A DNA stretch of 64,000 nucleotides from Octopus bimaculoides (taxonomy: Eukaryota). The notes below the pieces were generated by a model. It did not search any database, was not told the DNA's origin, and was given only the letters and a program-made list of their open reading frames with translations. The DNA lies in the NCBI RefSeq assembly GCF_001194135.2, contig NC_068994.1:28770028-28834027 (forward strand). Reading direction: 5' to 3'. Position numbers and translations under genes: made by a program. Every line of letters starts with the position of its first letter. Position 1 is the stretch's first letter. Shown here one piece after another: positions 61,183-64,000 of the stretch.

Positions 61183-62953
61183 CGGATTGAATTGCAATTG
61201 TTCATTCATCTCCTTTTAATGTATTAATTTACTGCATACCATATGTGACTTATGTTGCTACTGAGATTGTAGTTGTGGATTACATGTTATCTTTATATTT
61301 TATCTTTTACTAGTAGAATTTTCTAGTTGAAAGAATTGGCTCCAGTACTTTTTTCACAACCACATGGGCAAATATGTATGTATGTATGTATTTATGTGTG
61401 TGTCTGTGTTTGTCTCCCCCATCACTGCTTGATAACCGGTGTTGGTGTGTTTGCATCCTCATAACTTAGCAGTTTGGCAAAAGAATATGTTGGAATAAGT
61501 ACTAGGCTTAAAAGAAGTCCTGGAGTTGTTTTGTTCAACAAAAACATTTTAAGGTAGTGCTCCAGCATGGCCGCAGTCAAATGGCTGAAACACGCAAAAG
61601 AATAAAAGAATATATATATATATGGAGGGTTTCTTTCAGTTTCTATCTACCAAATCCACTCACAAGGCCTTGGTTGAGGCTATAGTAAAAGACATGTACC
61701 TAAGGTGCCACACAGTGGGACTGAATCTGGAACCATGTGATTGGGAAGCAAGCTTCTTACCACCCAGTTATGTCTGTGCCTTTAAATAAACATTCTTAAT
61801 TTTATAACAGAATATTGGGAATATTATTAGCCAATTAATTAAATAATGAATTTATCAATGTTCCCTTGGTGTAGATTACTAGTTAATCGCATGAAAGCTC
61901 CCAAGTTAGTGACATATCAGCATGATACACACACACACGACACACACATACAGACATATACACATTACTGTCCGTATGAATATATTTAAGAATGCTTGTA
62001 TATATTCATAGATGTATGTATGTATGTATGTATGTATGCATGCATGTATGTATGCATGCATGTATGCATGCATATATGTATATGTATGTATGCATATGTG
62101 TGTGTGTTTGTGTGTGTGTGTGTATGTGTGTGTGTGTCTGTGTGTCTGTGTGATCAGTCAATGTTGAGAATTTGTAAGCAAAAAAAAACAGGTTTCTAAG
62201 GTTGCATATAACGCTTTATAAGTATACATTTGATATAGTATTTCCATTTATATATATGCACTTGATATAGCATTTCCTTTGCCAGAATATTTAAGTTACA
62301 CCAGAGAAAATATTGTATTAAAAATTTATCTAAAGACCAAGAGAAATAAGTGAAATAGCTGATAGGATTAAGCCTATGAATTTAGAATACAGCGATGTAT
62401 TTATATGTTTAAAACATAGTTAAGATTTGTTGTAGAATCAAACTAACAGGACACAGCCCAAATTTTCTGCAAAACTCTATGAGCAGCAAATTCACTACTT
62501 ATTCATTTCAGATGTTTTTCTAATACTTATCAGAGATCATTTAAAGCAGTCTAATTGAAAATAACTCACAGTTGTAAAGCAAAGCAAAAAAGTGTCTTAA
62601 TTTCAGCAGAGTAAGATTATTTGTATGACGACCATTAGAAAAGCACTAATACAACTCAAAAATATATGAATTTGTGAATATTCAAGTTTTGTTGCATAAC
62701 TAGAGCACAACACATGTTTTAAATATACAAATATACTTCAATATATTATCAATGTTTTAATTGTTTATACTGGTTATTAAGTTATTAACTATACAGGAAT
62801 GTCTTAGAAAATGTGTGTGTGTGTGTGATTCATGCCAATGACTAAATCCATTGCTACTCTGAGTTTCTCCCTATTGTATGTCAACTCTGGTAGCAAGGAG
62901 ATTTCATCAAATAAACAAACTGTGGAACATATATTGAATGCTATTTACAATTT

Positions 62954-63015
<62 letters not shown>

Positions 63016-63087
63016 TCTCTATATATATACTTTGTAACTTTTATGTAATTGTTTTGCAAGATTCCTGGTGTAAAATTGTGTTGAAAC

Positions 63088-63159
63088 AGATATTGTTATA
63101 TGTGGGGAAGGTTATATTTTCACTAAAGCACTATATACTTGGTCTTCACTTCTGCTTTA

Positions 63160-63202
<43 letters not shown>

Positions 63203-63384
63203 GTTAGTGTCTTTTGTCTAAGCTCATTCATCACACATCCTGTGACCTCTTCATCAACTCTTTATCCCACACATCTCTTGTTCTGCAAAATGGACTAAAC
63301 AGAACAAGAGGAGACATATGGGATAAAGAGTTACTGAAGCAATCACAGGATGCAAGATGAAAGAGCTTAGCCAAAGGACATAAA

Positions 63385-63425
<41 letters not shown>

Positions 63426-63503
63426 AGTTGAAGTGAAGACCAGGAATATAGCATACGTGTTTAATTAGCAAAAATATGACCATCCCCACATAAAACAATA
63501 TCT
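63088..63503. repeat. Fold-back repeat with an (ATT)n/(AAT)n tract inside each arm
   Basis: 63088-63225 pairs imperfectly with 63363-63503 (agatattgtt..tgtgggg / ccccaca..aacaatatct; cttggtcttcactt / aagtgaagaccagg). Confidence 0.85.
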
Positions 63504-63844
63504 CATATATATATATATATATATATATAGGAGAATTCACAAAAAAACAACAGACGAAGACAGGCGGTGTAAACAACAGAGAAAGTCTTTAACGTTTCGA
63601 GCCTACACTCTTCAACAGGAAGGAACACAGAAAGAAACAAGGAGTATAGTTCAAATTTACAGAAAACAAAAGACAAAGGCAGGTGAGGGAACAGTGAGCA
63701 AGTGTATTGCTTTAATGCTCGGTAAGAATGGAAAAGTCTTTGACATTTCAAGACTACAAGAGGAAAAAAAAATAGAGTGAGAACGTTAAAAAACAGAGAA
63801 AGAAATTAATGTGTAGGGATTACAGTTTAACATGGTGAAATATA

Positions 63845-63927
<83 letters not shown>

Positions 63928-63957
63928 TTATATACACACACATACATACATACATAT

Positions 63958-64000
<43 letters not shown>

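Overview
AT-rich, microsatellite-dense, gapped (N-run) eukaryotic DNA. The SINE/LINE content and repeat style point to an octopus (coleoid cephalopod) draft genome; this is an inference. The only clear host gene is a plus-strand, single-coding-exon C2H2 zinc-finger gene (30439-31893, 484 aa). The rest is mostly decayed mobile DNA: RTE, CR1, Tx1/L1-like and R4/Dong LINEs, a Penelope-like element (PLE), three Tc1/mariner copies, a piggyBac transposase relic, the 3' end of a Gypsy element, tRNA-derived SINEs and many fold-back inverted repeats. Four observations stand out. (1) The zinc-finger array has alternating recognition helices that predict binding to (GA)n microsatellite. (2) A TSD-flanked PLE carries a tRNA-like Pol III promoter about 200 nt upstream of an intact minimal hammerhead ribozyme, with no T-run terminator between them. 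(3) About 100 bp of an RTE 3' tail has been replaced by perfect TTAGGG repeats. (4) One RTE family has a PHD-type finger inserted inside its reverse transcriptase. All calls come from manual reading and translation with no database searches. Element boundaries are approximate unless a TIR or TSD is quoted.
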